In this document: in pieces, positions 52,775-63,441 of the stretch
Layout of the letters: the number at the start of each line of letters is the position of its first letter
Position numbering within the stretch: the stretch's first letter is position 1
From: Opitutia bacterium
GTDB taxonomy: Bacteria > Verrucomicrobiota > Verrucomicrobiia > Opitutales > Opitutaceae
Direction of reading: 5' to 3'
Assembly (NCBI GenBank): GCA_947478395.1
Contig: CANJVR010000006.1
Location: 32,001-96,000 of the forward strand
DNA: 64,000 bases
Translations under genes and position numbers: made by a program
Notes under the pieces: generated by a model
The model's database searches: none
Told to the model about the DNA's origin: nothing
The model's input: only the letters and a program-made list of their open reading frames with translations

Positions 52775-53440
52775 ATGAAAACCTTTTTTCTTTGGTCCGG
52801 TGTTTTTGTCATCGCCCTCGCCGCTCGCGCGCTTGCCGCCGAAGAAACGCCCGCAAAACCAGCCGCGCCCGCCGCGGCTGCGACCCCGGCCACCGAGGAA
52901 ATGATCCGCGCCCGATTGATCGAGCACACCAAATTAAAGGCCAATCCCAAGTCCGCGGCGCCAGCCACGAGCGCCTCGGCCGCCGCGGAAGGCCCCATCG
53001 CCAACGCGACGCCGGCTGCAGCCGAACCCACGGCGACTGCACCAGGAAATAAAGCGGACGCGGCTGCGGCCGCGGCCCAAGCGAAAACGGAGCCCGCCGG
53101 CGTGATGCCCAAAGTCGAGGTCAACAAGCCACGCATCACCGTCCTCGATCATGAGCTCGCCCTGCAGGAAAAGGAAATCGCGCACGAGAAAAAGCTCACC
53201 AAGTCGTCCGAACTGGATCGCGCGCTGAACAACCCGAAAGTTTCCGTCTCTATCCTCGGTGGCGAATCCACGAAGTACCGCACCAACATGGCCAGCGAAC
53301 GCGTCAGTTTGATGGAGTCCGAAAAGGATATCATCGAAGCCATCGCCCACGCGAAAACCAAAGAAGAAAAAGCTGAGCTTCAAAAGGAGCTCAACGAAAT
53401 CAAAGCTCTCCGCCGCGATCTCGAAAAATCGGTGCGGTGA
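52775..53440 (+). CDS. Secreted hypothetical protein (Ala/Pro linker, coiled-coil-like C-terminus)
   Basis: Signal peptide ending ALA-AEE; charged helical tail. Confidence 0.75.
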   Translation: MKTFFLWSGVFVIALAARALAAEETPAKPAAPAAAATPATEEMIRARLIEHTKLKANPKSAAPATSASAAAEGPIANATPAAAEPTATAPGNKADAAAAAAQAKTEPAGVMPKVEVNKPRITVLDHELALQEKEIAHEKKLTKSSELDRALNNPKVSVSILGGESTKYRTNMASERVSLMESEKDIIEAIAHAKTKEEKAELQKELNEIKALRRDLEKSVR

Positions 53441-53867
53441 CGCGACCTAGCGCGAGGCTCAGCCCGCTTCAGAGGGGTTTAACCCCGGGCCGGGAACGCG
53501 CGCCAGAGCGGCTTGAACGAATGCCTGCCGCTAACGAAGTGCCGGCCGAAACGAGGACGCCCAACACCGCAGGCCGAGACGCCCGCTGCTCCATAAAACC
53601 GCCACAGAAAAACCTAAACCGGGCTAAAGCGCCGCGCTCATTTAGCCCGGCGATTTCACCCGCCGGACGCTGTTAGAGGCGCTCGCAACGAGGGCGCTCG
53701 ATCGGTTGCGACGGCGCGGCGAAAAAAGGATCCGCGAGTTCCAGCGGTTGCCGCCCAAGGTTTCCCAGCATCCGTTGCGCAGCTGCACTTCGTTCAAACG
53801 GCAAACTTCTCCGCCGCCACCGTCGTGACGGATGAATTGATTGATCCCGGCCTCGTTGAGCGACCGC

Positions 53868-55532
53868 TTAAGCTTTACCCAGCAATTCCTCCGCGTGCGC
53901 CAGCGCGCTCTTGGCTTTGCTGTCGCCGAGCATGCGCGCGAGTTCGGTTACGCGCACCTTCCGGCTCGCCTGGATCGGACTAATCGTCACCACCGCGCGA
54001 TCCTTCGATTGATCCTTGGTCACGACCAGATGACACGTCGCCTGCGCCGCCACTTGCGGGAGGTGCGTGACGCACAGCACTTGATGGCTCGCCGCGATCT
54101 CCGCCATTTTCTCGCCAACGACGCGGCCGATTTCGCCGCCAACATTGGCGTCCACTTCATCGAACACGAGCAGAGGAACACCGTCCAAATCGGCGAGCAC
54201 AGTCTTCAACGCGAGCATCACGCGCGCCAGTTCTCCACTCGACGCGATGCGACTCAAAGGCAGCGGCGCCTCACCGACGTTCGGCGAAAAAAGAAATTCA
54301 CAACTCGAGTCGCCCGTCGCACCCAGCTCCGGGAGCGCGACGATGTTCACCTGGAAATCCGCTTTCTTGAACCCGAGCTGCGCGATGCTTTTCGCCGCGA
54401 TCTTCGCCAGATCTTTCGCCGCTTTCGCGCGACCAATCCGCAACGCCGCCGCGTCTTTGCGCGCCGCCCGCTCCGCATCCACGATCAGTTTTTCCAATCG
54501 CGCCAGCGTACCTTCCAGATCGCCCTGAACTTCCAGCCGGCGCCGCATCTCATCGCGCGCCGTGATCACCGCCGCCAGATCGCCGCCGTGTTTCCGCTTC
54601 ACTTCGAGCCAGGTGTTCATGCGCTCCGCGATCTGCTCCGCTTGCTCGGGATCGAACTGCAACGCCGAGCCCAAGTCCGCGAACTCCGCGCTGAGCTCGT
54701 TCAACTCCACGGTGGCCGCCTCCATCCGGTCGGCCAACGCCTTGCTCGCCGGATCGATCGCCTCGAGCGTCCGGGCCTCACGCAACAGTCCCGCCACGCG
54801 CCCCAAGACACCTTCGTCACCGGTCAAACCTTCCGCGATGGTTTGCGTGAGTTCGATCAATTCCTGCGCGCGGCTCATCCGTTGAAAATCCCGCTCCAAA
54901 GCCCCGATCGCCTCGTCGGTCAAATCCAGCGCTTCGAGCCGTGCGAGCTGGTTCGCGAGAAAGCCGATCTGATCCGGGGACAATTTCGTTTCGCCCACCA
55001 TCTCCGCGCGCTGCGCCTTCAACTCACGCCACGCCTGAAACGTCTTTCGGTAGGCCGCGAGATTTTCGCCCGCGCGTCCGTACAAATCCAGCAACTCGAG
55101 CTGGCAGCTCTCCTTCAACAATCGCCGCGGCTCGCTCGGACCGTGAAAGTCAACCCACGACTCACCGATGCGCTGCAACGCGGCCAGCGTCGCGAGGCTG
55201 CCGTTGATCGTGATCTTCGGCGCCTTGTCGCGGGCCAGACTCCGCTTCAAAAGCATCAAGCCGTCCTCGCACGGAGGAAGTTCCAGTTCGCCGAGAATCG
55301 CGTCGAGCGCGCGGGGCTCAGCAAAGAAAAGTGCGGCCTCCACTTCGCACGCCGCCGCACCCTGCCGGATGATGGTTTTATCGGCTCGCTCACCGGCGAG
55401 CAGCGATAACGCGCCCAGCAAAATACTTTTGCCCGCGCCGGTCTCGCCGGTGACCGCGGTGAACCCCGCTTCGAAATCGAGCGACACTTCCTCGAGCAGG
55501 GCGAGGTTGCGGATGCGGAGCGATTGCAGCAT
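53868..55532 (-). CDS. recN: DNA repair protein RecN
   Basis: TGETGAGKS, ASSGELAR, FDEVDANVGG, THLPQVAA. Confidence 0.95.
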   Translation of the reverse strand: MLQSLRIRNLALLEEVSLDFEAGFTAVTGETGAGKSILLGALSLLAGERADKTIIRQGAAACEVEAALFFAEPRALDAILGELELPPCEDGLMLLKRSLARDKAPKITINGSLATLAALQRIGESWVDFHGPSEPRRLLKESCQLELLDLYGRAGENLAAYRKTFQAWRELKAQRAEMVGETKLSPDQIGFLANQLARLEALDLTDEAIGALERDFQRMSRAQELIELTQTIAEGLTGDEGVLGRVAGLLREARTLEAIDPASKALADRMEAATVELNELSAEFADLGSALQFDPEQAEQIAERMNTWLEVKRKHGGDLAAVITARDEMRRRLEVQGDLEGTLARLEKLIVDAERAARKDAAALRIGRAKAAKDLAKIAAKSIAQLGFKKADFQVNIVALPELGATGDSSCEFLFSPNVGEAPLPLSRIASSGELARVMLALKTVLADLDGVPLLVFDEVDANVGGEIGRVVGEKMAEIAASHQVLCVTHLPQVAAQATCHLVVTKDQSKDRAVVTISPIQASRKVRVTELARMLGDSKAKSALAHAEELLGKA

Positions 55533-55958
55533 GGACCGCAACAGCGCCAAAAAAGTCGGCGGCTTACAAGCGCGACGGTGGTCAGTTTTTTGGGCGCGCG
55601 GCCGCGTGACACACCGGCCGCTCGCGCCACCCGCACAAACAGGAGAGTCCAATCTGGGCCGACCTTTGGTCAGCGCAGAACGGATTCAGCAAAATCCCCG
55701 TAACCGCAGGGCTGCGTGCATCGCGACGCCAAACCAGCGCGTAAGGGATAATGAGCACTATTCGTCACCACTCGGTGGCCGTTAGCGTTCAGGCGCGGGC
55801 CACCGATGATTTCCATGCGACGGGCTCAATCGGAGAACTCAACCGTCCGGCCCGCTTGCGATGTAATCGTCGACCGGATGCAAACGGAGCGCACGTCCAA
55901 CCATAATTTTCTTGCACACCAGAGAGGCGCTCGCGTTACTCACCGACCTGAAATTTGG

Positions 55959-56035
55959 GGACCTTTAGCTCAGTTGGTTAGAGCGTTTCGTTGACATCGA
56001 AAAGGTCACTGGTTCGAGTCCAGTAAGGTCCACCA
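55959..56035 (+). tRNA. tRNA-Val(GAC)
   Basis: GGACCTT/AAGGTCC acceptor, anticodon loop TTGACAT, GTTCGAGTC, encoded CCA. Confidence 0.96.
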
Positions 56036-56405
56036 TTCATTATTCCACGGGGGGCTTCATTTTTCTTTTTCAGAGGAGAAATGACAGTTTTTAGGCGAGC
56101 CAACGCAGAGTAATGTTGGTCGTTTTTGGTTTTAAATAGACCGCCAACGAAAACCCCAGATGCGCAACCCATGACGGGGATGCGGGATTCGAGCCGGAGC
56201 CGCGATTAGTCCGGAAGATTGGCTGATATGGGGGACGAGCGATGGACGGCGCCTTCACGGCGCGTTCGATTTCTTCAAAACCCGCGACGAAGGAGGCGCT
56301 CACAATCACGGCGCCGGTGCCGAACCAGTTTGAGTTCGGGCGAAAATACCGGCGGAAGTTTGCGGCGTGGATCTTTGCCCCGCCGCCGCGAGCCGCTCTG
56401 ACCGC

Positions 56406-57302
56406 TTAGAAGCGGGTGTTGAGCGCGAAGCTCACCCACGTGACGTTGTCGCCCCTGAGACGATAGTCGCGGTCGGGGAATTCGAAACGGCGCATCGCCG
56501 TGTAGCCGAAATCAGCTTCGATCTCTAAGTTGGAGGCGATTTTGTAAGTCGCTCCGATGCCACCGCGAATCTCGGTCACATCGAGGAAGGTGTTATTGAG
56601 GCTTTGGACACCGGGCGCGGGTACGCCGAGATTTTTGGTGATGCGGTAATTGCCGCCGAAGGCACTAAGACCACCCCGCAGGGTAAGATCGGAATTCAAG
56701 GCGTAGGACAGCCCCGTGCGCGGGAAGCCGATGTCGAGTTGAAGGTCCTGCGCCACTTTTAACCGTAAGCCGAGAACCGGTAGCACGGGGTGGTCGTTGA
56801 AGGCATTAGCGGTCACGCCAAAGATCCAAGTGATGGAGGGATTTGGCACGTAAAACGCGGCGAGGAAGAGCGGGGCGTTGAAGCTGTCGGAACCGATTTT
56901 CTCAAAATCACCGTAGAGGCCGGGACGCAGCGCGACGAGGTACGCCCATTCTTTGCTAAAGACGCCGCGGACGCCGAGGTTGACCGAGAATTCCTGCACG
57001 GTCTTAGGCAGTGGGGTGTTATCGGGCGTCTCGATCGTCGTATGCGAGTAAGCCACACCGGGATTGAACAACATGCCTTCGGCAACGGGTACCCGACCAG
57101 AGGCGCTGAATTCAAAGCGGGTCATGCTGATGCCGTCGATCTTCGTGGCTCCGCGCTTGAAATCACCGGCGCCCGAGTACGAGTAGCTGCTGGCAAACGT
57201 ATCGATCAAAGCCGGACGGAAAGTCACACTGGACGGTTGAGCAAATCCGACGGCGGTAAGGCTGGCGGCCAAACAGGTGAAGAGAAGGGAGCGGAGGTTC
57301 AT
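56406..57302 (-). CDS. Putative outer-membrane beta-barrel protein (DUF6268-like)
   Basis: Signal peptide, alternating beta strands, PVLPVLG and GFPRT motifs, C-terminal Phe. Confidence 0.75.
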   Translation of the reverse strand: MNLRSLLFTCLAASLTAVGFAQPSSVTFRPALIDTFASSYSYSGAGDFKRGATKIDGISMTRFEFSASGRVPVAEGMLFNPGVAYSHTTIETPDNTPLPKTVQEFSVNLGVRGVFSKEWAYLVALRPGLYGDFEKIGSDSFNAPLFLAAFYVPNPSITWIFGVTANAFNDHPVLPVLGLRLKVAQDLQLDIGFPRTGLSYALNSDLTLRGGLSAFGGNYRITKNLGVPAPGVQSLNNTFLDVTEIRGGIGATYKIASNLEIEADFGYTAMRRFEFPDRDYRLRGDNVTWVSFALNTRF

Positions 57303-57522
57303 GGTGACGAGATAGCTACGCACCACGGCAGCTCTTAGACGCAGTTTCCAGAAAATAGTGGCGCCCGCGCAGGATGCTAAGGTGCTTCGCCAAATTGTGA
57401 GGTTACTCGTCGCATCCTGCGACTGTTGCGGGCGGCGCATCGCAAACGCAGAAATCGATGGTCACGGATGCGGTGAGACGCCGCCACGTCCGCGGCGCAC
57501 CAGCGCCCCTTCGACGAATTCT

Positions 57523-58458
57523 CTAGTGCATCGCCCGCACGGCCGCCACATCCCGCGCAATTTGCGCCTGCAATTCAGGGAGGCTCGCGAACTTCATTTC
57601 CGGCCGCACAAAACGTAGCCACTCGACTTTGATCTCGTCCCCTTCCCCGAACGGGCACGGCCCCAGCACGTGCGTTTCCAGGCGCGGCGCACTGCCCGAC
57701 TCCACCGTCGGACGCAGCCCGTAATTCGCCACGCCCGGCAGCGGGCGCGGTGACTTCGCCCCGGAGACGCGCACCGCGTAAACCCCAAATTTCGGCGCCA
57801 GATCCGGCGTCCATGGCAGATTCAAGGTCGGGAAACCAATCGTGCGCCCGAGACGTTTCCCCGGCGTGACCGCTCCTGTGGAAAAATAACTGTAGCCAAG
57901 CAGGGCGTTTGCCGCGGCGATTTCGCCGGTCGTCAGCAGACCGCGAATGCGCGTGCTGCTGATCGGCTCGCCGCCGAAATTCACCCGCGGCGCACTAAAG
58001 ACATCAACCCGATGCTCCCGGCCCTTCGCGACCAGCAGCGCCACGTCGCCCCGCCGACCGCGGCCGAACCGCCAGTTTTCACCGACGTAAACCGCGGCGA
58101 GCTGCGGCAGGCGTTTTTGCAGTCGTGGGATGAAATCCTCCGCTTCGATCCGCGCATAATCAGGCGTGAAAGGTTCAGTGATGATCGCATCGACTCCCAC
58201 GGTGCCAAGGACCCGCGCCTTGGTCGCGACGTCCATAATGAGGCGCGTCGGCTGATCCGGCCGAAACAAGGCGCTCGGATGCGGCCAAAACGTCAGCACC
58301 GCCGCGATGCCGCCACTGCGCCGGGCCGAATGGACCGCCGCCTCGATCACGGCTTGGTGGCCCAGATGCACGCCATCGAACATCCCAAGCGCCAGGTGCA
58401 ACGGCCCGGCTGGGAGCGTCGCATGGGCGAGTCCGGAAAATTCCAGCGGCGCGTTCAT
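57523..58458 (-). CDS. ribF: Riboflavin kinase / FAD synthetase
   Basis: GMFDGVHLGH, ISSTRIR, GRTIGFPTLN, RPTV, ETH. Confidence 0.95.
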   Translation of the reverse strand: MNAPLEFSGLAHATLPAGPLHLALGMFDGVHLGHQAVIEAAVHSARRSGGIAAVLTFWPHPSALFRPDQPTRLIMDVATKARVLGTVGVDAIITEPFTPDYARIEAEDFIPRLQKRLPQLAAVYVGENWRFGRGRRGDVALLVAKGREHRVDVFSAPRVNFGGEPISSTRIRGLLTTGEIAAANALLGYSYFSTGAVTPGKRLGRTIGFPTLNLPWTPDLAPKFGVYAVRVSGAKSPRPLPGVANYGLRPTVESGSAPRLETHVLGPCPFGEGDEIKVEWLRFVRPEMKFASLPELQAQIARDVAAVRAMH

Positions 58459-58498
58459 GCAAGGTGGAGCGTGTTGCCCCGAACGCGCTGCGCTCTGG

Positions 58499-58559
58499 TG
58501 GGAGCGCGGCCGCCCCCGGCCGCATGGTTGCGGAGCGGCCGAGGGCAGCCGCGCTCCCA
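58499..58559. repeat. REP doublet, family B, in the truB-ribF gap
   Basis: Matches 26154-26216. Confidence 0.85.
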
Positions 58560-58582
58560 AGTTTCGCTCCGCTTCGACGCGT

Positions 58583-59308
58583 TCACAGCGCAATGCTCGG
58601 CACCACGTCGCGCGGGTGCAGCAAAACCTTTTCCAGTTCCGGCAGCGTCAGCGCGTTGATCTGCTCCAGCGTCAGCGCTTTTTCCAACGTGAGTTTGTCC
58701 GTCGCCGTACGCCGCAACGCCGTGAGATGCGCCCCGCAGCCAAGCTTTTCGCCGAGATCGTGCGCGAGCGTGCGGATGTACGTGCCCTTCGTGGAGCGCA
58801 CGCGAAAATCGATCTCGGGCGGCGCGAATCGCGTCACCTCCCACTCGATCACCCGGATAAATCGCGGCTCGCGCACGATCTCCTCGCCCTTGCGCGCGAG
58901 TTTGTAGAGCGGCACCCCGTCGACTTTGATCGCGGAAAACATCGGCGGTATCTGATACTGGTCGCCTAACATCGTCTTGATCACCGCGCGCACGCCTTCC
59001 TCGGTCAGGGGCGGCACCGGGCGGGTCAGCACGATCTCGCCGTCGGCGTCCTGCGAGTTCGTCGTCTCACCGAGTTTCAGCGTGCCGACATATTCCTTGT
59101 CCAGGCTGATCAAATACTGCGACACGGCCGTCGCCTTGCCGACGAGCACGATGAGCAATCCAGTCGCCATCGGATCGAGCGTGCCCGCGTGGCCGATACG
59201 CTTCATGCGCAGCTTGCCGCGCAAACGGGCGATCACGTCGTGCGAGGTATGGTCGCGGGGCTTGTCGACGAGTAAAATGCCGTCGAGTTCTTTGGCGGGC
59301 AGCAGCAT
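58583..59308 (-). CDS. truB: tRNA pseudouridine(55) synthase
   Basis: [27 protein letters not shown]. Confidence 0.96.
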   Translation of the reverse strand: MLLPAKELDGILLVDKPRDHTSHDVIARLRGKLRMKRIGHAGTLDPMATGLLIVLVGKATAVSQYLISLDKEYVGTLKLGETTNSQDADGEIVLTRPVPPLTEEGVRAVIKTMLGDQYQIPPMFSAIKVDGVPLYKLARKGEEIVREPRFIRVIEWEVTRFAPPEIDFRVRSTKGTYIRTLAHDLGEKLGCGAHLTALRRTATDKLTLEKALTLEQINALTLPELEKVLLHPRDVVPSIAL

Positions 59309-59321
59309 GGAAAGTCGTGCG

Positions 59322-60335
59322 TTATTTTTTGGGCGCGGCCGCTCCGTCCGTCAGGCGGCGCTGGAGTGCCGCCACCAGCCGCGGATAAAAATCGGCCGCG
59401 CCTGTTTTCAAACTGAGCCCCGCCGCGCAGGCATGGCCGCCGCCGCTGAATTCGCCCGCGAGCGTATCGACGCGATAAACTGGATCTTTTGCGCGCAGGC
59501 TGGCTTTCACCCCGCCGTCCGCACGCTCCTCGATCAAAACCCCGATGTCTACGCCCTCGATGCAGCGCGCATAGTCGACCAAGCCCTCGGTGTCTTCCGC
59601 CGTCGTGCCCGTCTCGGTAAACACACCCGCTGGGAGCCGGCCGATGCACACGCGGCCACCGCACTCCAGGCGCAGGGACGAAATAAATTTTTGCAGGAGC
59701 AGAAGTTTCCCGAGGCTTTCGCGTTCGAACAACTCGTAGCCGGCCTCAGCCGGCTGGGCGCCGCGGGCGACGAGTTCCCCGGCCAGTTGAAAACAGCGCC
59801 GCGAGGTCGCGTTGAAACGAAACTGTCCCGTATCGGTGAGAATCCCGGTGTAGAGCGCTTGGGCCGTGCGGGCGTCGATCGGCAGGCCAGCGTCGAGAAA
59901 CACTCCGGCAAGAATTTCGCACGTCGCCGCGGCGTCGCGATCGACAAGATTGACCGCGGCATAGCCCCTATTCGAGCGGTGGTGGTCCACGTTCCCCACC
60001 GGCGCCGTGAAGTGTGCCTTCAGGCGTTCCCCGCTGCGGGCCTGATCCGCGCAATCGACAAAAACCGCCGCTCGACCCGCAGCCGCAAGCAAGGCCTCGT
60101 CTGTACGCACGAACCGCGTTTCCGGCCCGAGAAACTGCAGGCGCCGCGGTATAATGTCCGCATTCACGCATACAACATCGTGGCCGAGCGCCGTCAAAAC
60201 GCGGGCGAGCGCCACTTGGGAACCGATGCAATCACCGTCAGGACGCGCGTGGCCCACCACCGCGACCGGACGACCGGCTAGCGCGGCGCGCAAGCGGGCG
60301 AAGTCGGCGGCGAGAGCGGGAAAATAACTTTCCAC
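59322..60335 (-). CDS. nrnA: DHH-family oligoribonuclease / pAp phosphatase
   Basis: [27 protein letters not shown]. Confidence 0.9.
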   Translation of the reverse strand: MESYFPALAADFARLRAALAGRPVAVVGHARPDGDCIGSQVALARVLTALGHDVVCVNADIIPRRLQFLGPETRFVRTDEALLAAAGRAAVFVDCADQARSGERLKAHFTAPVGNVDHHRSNRGYAAVNLVDRDAAATCEILAGVFLDAGLPIDARTAQALYTGILTDTGQFRFNATSRRCFQLAGELVARGAQPAEAGYELFERESLGKLLLLQKFISSLRLECGGRVCIGRLPAGVFTETGTTAEDTEGLVDYARCIEGVDIGVLIEERADGGVKASLRAKDPVYRVDTLAGEFSGGGHACAAGLSLKTGAADFYPRLVAALQRRLTDGAAAPKK

Positions 60336-60346
60336 GGCGAACGCGA

Positions 60347-60754
60347 TCAGGGCGCCGGATCCGCCGCAGGTGTTTCGGCGACGGGGGGAGGCGCGGTTAC
60401 CGCCGGCGTCACCGGCGAAATCTTGTCCATATCGTCCAGCATCGCGAGGACGCGGGCGCTACGCGGCGTCGTTTCGTCCAAGGCATAGACGAGCTTCGGC
60501 AGAAATTTTAACGTGATCAGTTTACCTAACTCTTCGCGAATTTCCGCGGACTTGCGTCGCAGCCAGACCATGCCGCGTTCAACCGCTTCGTCGTTGCCCA
60601 CGATGGCCACGCGGACCTTGCCGTCGCGCAGATCCGGCGCGATGCGGACCTCCGTGATGGTGATCGCCACCGACTCCTCCTGATAACGCCGGCGCAAAAT
60701 GCCATTCAGCTCGCGCTGAACCAACTCATTGATGCGGACGGTGCGGTTGCTCAC
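60347..60754 (-). CDS. rbfA: Ribosome-binding factor A
   Basis: Position after infB; ITITEVRIAPDLR and PKLVYALD motifs. Confidence 0.92.
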   Translation of the reverse strand: MSNRTVRINELVQRELNGILRRRYQEESVAITITEVRIAPDLRDGKVRVAIVGNDEAVERGMVWLRRKSAEIREELGKLITLKFLPKLVYALDETTPRSARVLAMLDDMDKISPVTPAVTAPPPVAETPAADPAP

Positions 60755-60839
60755 GGAGATTTCGACTTCTGAGTTTCGACGCCCGATCTCGCAAGCGGAG
60801 CATTGGCTCCAAGCGAAAATCGAGCATCAAAAATTAAAA

Positions 60840-63407
60840 TTACAACGCGGCCCGGACCTTTTGCACTTCGAAGCACTCGATGACGTCGCCCACTTCGTAG
60901 CCGTTGAAATCGTCGAGCTTGATGCCGCACTCGAGGCCGGCGCGGACTTCGTTCGCGTCGTCCTTGAACCGTTTAAGCGTACCGATCTTGCCTTCGTGCA
61001 TGATCTCTTTTTTCCGCCGCACGCGGGCCGAAGCGCCGCGGTTGATTTTGCCCTCGGTGACGAGACAACCGGCCACAAAACCCTTCGCGAGCGGGAACGT
61101 CGCGCGGACTTCCGCAGCGCCGGTCTTCGTTTCCTTGAGATCGGGATCGAGCAGGTCGGCCATCATCTCGCGCACCTTGTCGGCGAGTTCGTAGATGATA
61201 CCAAAGCTTTCAATGCGCACGCCGTGATGTTTCGCGAGCGGCGTGACGCCGTTCTCCAACTTGGTGTTGAAGCCCACGATCACCGAGCCGGCGGCACCGG
61301 CCATCAGCACGTCGTTCTTCGTGACGATGCCGACTTCGGTCGAAACAATCTCGAGCGAAACTTTGGTGCTCTTGATCGCCTCAAGGAGGTTCCGGACCGC
61401 CTCGGTCGAGCCGAAAACATCCGTTTTGACGATAAGCTTGAGGACCTTCGCCTGGGTGGCGGCGATGTTGGCAAAAAGATGGGCGACCGACATTTCCTTC
61501 GGCACCGCGTCGGAGGTCGTCGTGATTTTCTTCACGCGCTGCTGCTCCTCTTCCGCGAGGTTTTCCGCTTCGCGGGTGTTCTTGACGACTTTGAATGCGG
61601 CGCCGCTGTCCGGGGTGCCACTCCAACCAATCACGCGCACAGGCGTGGCCGGCGGGGCTTCCTTCAAAGGCTTGCCTTGGTCATCAAACATCGCGCGCAC
61701 CTTCGCCCAATTCGGGCCGCAAACGATGGCATCACCGACGCGCAGTGTGCCGCGCTGCACAATCACGGTCGCGAGCGGACCTCGACCCACGTCCACCTGC
61801 GACTCGATAATCACGCCGGTGGCATCCGCTTTCGGGTTGGCCTTTAGCTCCAGCACATCGGACTGGAGAATAATCATCTCAAGCAGATCGTTGATACCGG
61901 TGCCCTTGATCGCAGAAACGGGGACCGTGACCGTCTCGCCACCCCAGTCCTCGGGGGCGATATTGCGCTGCTGCATCTGGCTTTTGACCTGATCGATGTT
62001 CGCGCCTTTCACGTCCATCTTGTTCACGGCAACGATCAACGCGAATTTTTCGGGCTGCTGCTCCTTGACGCCAAGCGCGATCTTCAGCGCTTCGTCGGTC
62101 TGCGGCATGAAACCGTCGTCTGCCGCCACCACGAGAATCGCGACATCAGTCACGCTCGCGCCGCGCGAACGCATCTTGGTGAAGGCCGCGTGACCGGGCG
62201 TATCGAGGAACGTGATCCTACGGCCGTTGAAATCGATCTGGTAGGCGCCGATGTGCTGCGTGATGCCGCCAGCCTCGCCCTTGGCAACGTCCGCCTTGCG
62301 GATTGCATCGAGCAACGAGGTCTTGCCGTGGTCGACGTGACCCAAAATACAAACGACCGGCGGCCGGGCGACGAGATGCGCGGACTCGTCCTCTTCAGGT
62401 TTCTTTTCCTTTTTCTCCTTTTGGCTCTGCTGGGTGACGGCCGCGCCGCGATGTTTCACTTCGAGCAGGAAACCGTGTTTCTCAGCAAGCTTCGCCGCCA
62501 CCGCTTCATCGAGCGACTGCGTGATGGCGGAGAAAATTCCCATCTGCATCAGCTCTGAAATGAGCTGGAAAGGCCGCATGCCGAGTGCCGTCGCGAAGTC
62601 GCGCACGATCACCGGCGGCTTCATGCTGATCGTCTTCACATCGCCCACTTGGGTCACCGTGACGGACGACGACGGTGCGGATGGCGCGGCGGTGAGTGGA
62701 CCGGCGCCGGGGAGCCCGGGCGGCCGGGGAACCAACGGTGGACGCGACGGCATCGACGGCAGCGCGACCGGCGCCTTCGACATCGGAGGCGGTAAGCTGG
62801 GGGCCGAAACCGGCACGGACGCCACGGGCGCCGGGGCGCGAGGCGCCACCGGAGCGGCGGCGGCCGGTGGAGTCACCACGGGCGCAGGCACAGGCGCTTT
62901 GACGACCGGAGCTGGCACGACGGCGCGCGGCGGGAAAGCGGGCGGCGGCGTTGGTGCCTTCGCGACCGGTTGCGGCACGGCCACGGGCGGCGGCGTGGAA
63001 GATGGACGAGGCGGCGGCGGGGGCGGCGCCTTTACCGGGGCCACGACGGGCGACGGAGGAACTGGCGCAGGTGCGGCCGCAATGCTGGCCGCGACCTTGG
63101 CGGCGGCGGCGACTTCTTTTTCGCGGGCAATATCCTGCGTGCTCTTCACAAACACGCCGGCGGGAATCCGCACCTGCGACGGTTCGTTTGCGACGACCTC
63201 CGAAGACGCCACCGGAGCCGGAGCGGGCGCCGGCGCGGCAACTTTGGCGCCAAACTCTTTCTCAATTTCGTCGAAGTAGATTTTGCTGACCGTGCTCGAA
63301 ACCGACTTCGTATCCGCCGACACATAGCCCCGCTCCTTCAGGATCGCCAACATTTCCTTGGCTTCCTTGTTGTACTGCTTGGCTAGTTCGTGGATGCGGG
63401 TGCTCAT
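60840..63407 (-). CDS. infB: Translation initiation factor IF-2
   Basis: GHVDHGKTS, GGITQHIG, DTPGH, NKMD; Pro/Ala-rich N-terminal linker. Confidence 0.98.
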   Translation of the reverse strand: MSTRIHELAKQYNKEAKEMLAILKERGYVSADTKSVSSTVSKIYFDEIEKEFGAKVAAPAPAPAPVASSEVVANEPSQVRIPAGVFVKSTQDIAREKEVAAAAKVAASIAAAPAPVPPSPVVAPVKAPPPPPPRPSSTPPPVAVPQPVAKAPTPPPAFPPRAVVPAPVVKAPVPAPVVTPPAAAAPVAPRAPAPVASVPVSAPSLPPPMSKAPVALPSMPSRPPLVPRPPGLPGAGPLTAAPSAPSSSVTVTQVGDVKTISMKPPVIVRDFATALGMRPFQLISELMQMGIFSAITQSLDEAVAAKLAEKHGFLLEVKHRGAAVTQQSQKEKKEKKPEEDESAHLVARPPVVCILGHVDHGKTSLLDAIRKADVAKGEAGGITQHIGAYQIDFNGRRITFLDTPGHAAFTKMRSRGASVTDVAILVVAADDGFMPQTDEALKIALGVKEQQPEKFALIVAVNKMDVKGANIDQVKSQMQQRNIAPEDWGGETVTVPVSAIKGTGINDLLEMIILQSDVLELKANPKADATGVIIESQVDVGRGPLATVIVQRGTLRVGDAIVCGPNWAKVRAMFDDQGKPLKEAPPATPVRVIGWSGTPDSGAAFKVVKNTREAENLAEEEQQRVKKITTTSDAVPKEMSVAHLFANIAATQAKVLKLIVKTDVFGSTEAVRNLLEAIKSTKVSLEIVSTEVGIVTKNDVLMAGAAGSVIVGFNTKLENGVTPLAKHHGVRIESFGIIYELADKVREMMADLLDPDLKETKTGAAEVRATFPLAKGFVAGCLVTEGKINRGASARVRRKKEIMHEGKIGTLKRFKDDANEVRAGLECGIKLDDFNGYEVGDVIECFEVQKVRAAL

Positions 63408-63441
63408 TCAGTTCGTCGGCAAAAAATAAAGTTCTGTTAGC

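Noticed and set aside
53525..53560. CTAACGA...CGAAAC resembling a hammerhead ribozyme core
   Set aside because: It lacks the CUGANGA consensus and convincing flanking stems.
56036..56200. AT-rich stretch after tRNA-Val with a T-arm-like fragment (GCGGGATTCGAGCC) as a possible att scar
   Set aside because: The fragment does not match this tRNA's 3' end, and there is no integrase or direct repeat in the window.
62690..63250. Pro/Ala-rich low-complexity stretch in infB
   Set aside because: Variable low-complexity N-terminal linkers are normal for IF-2.
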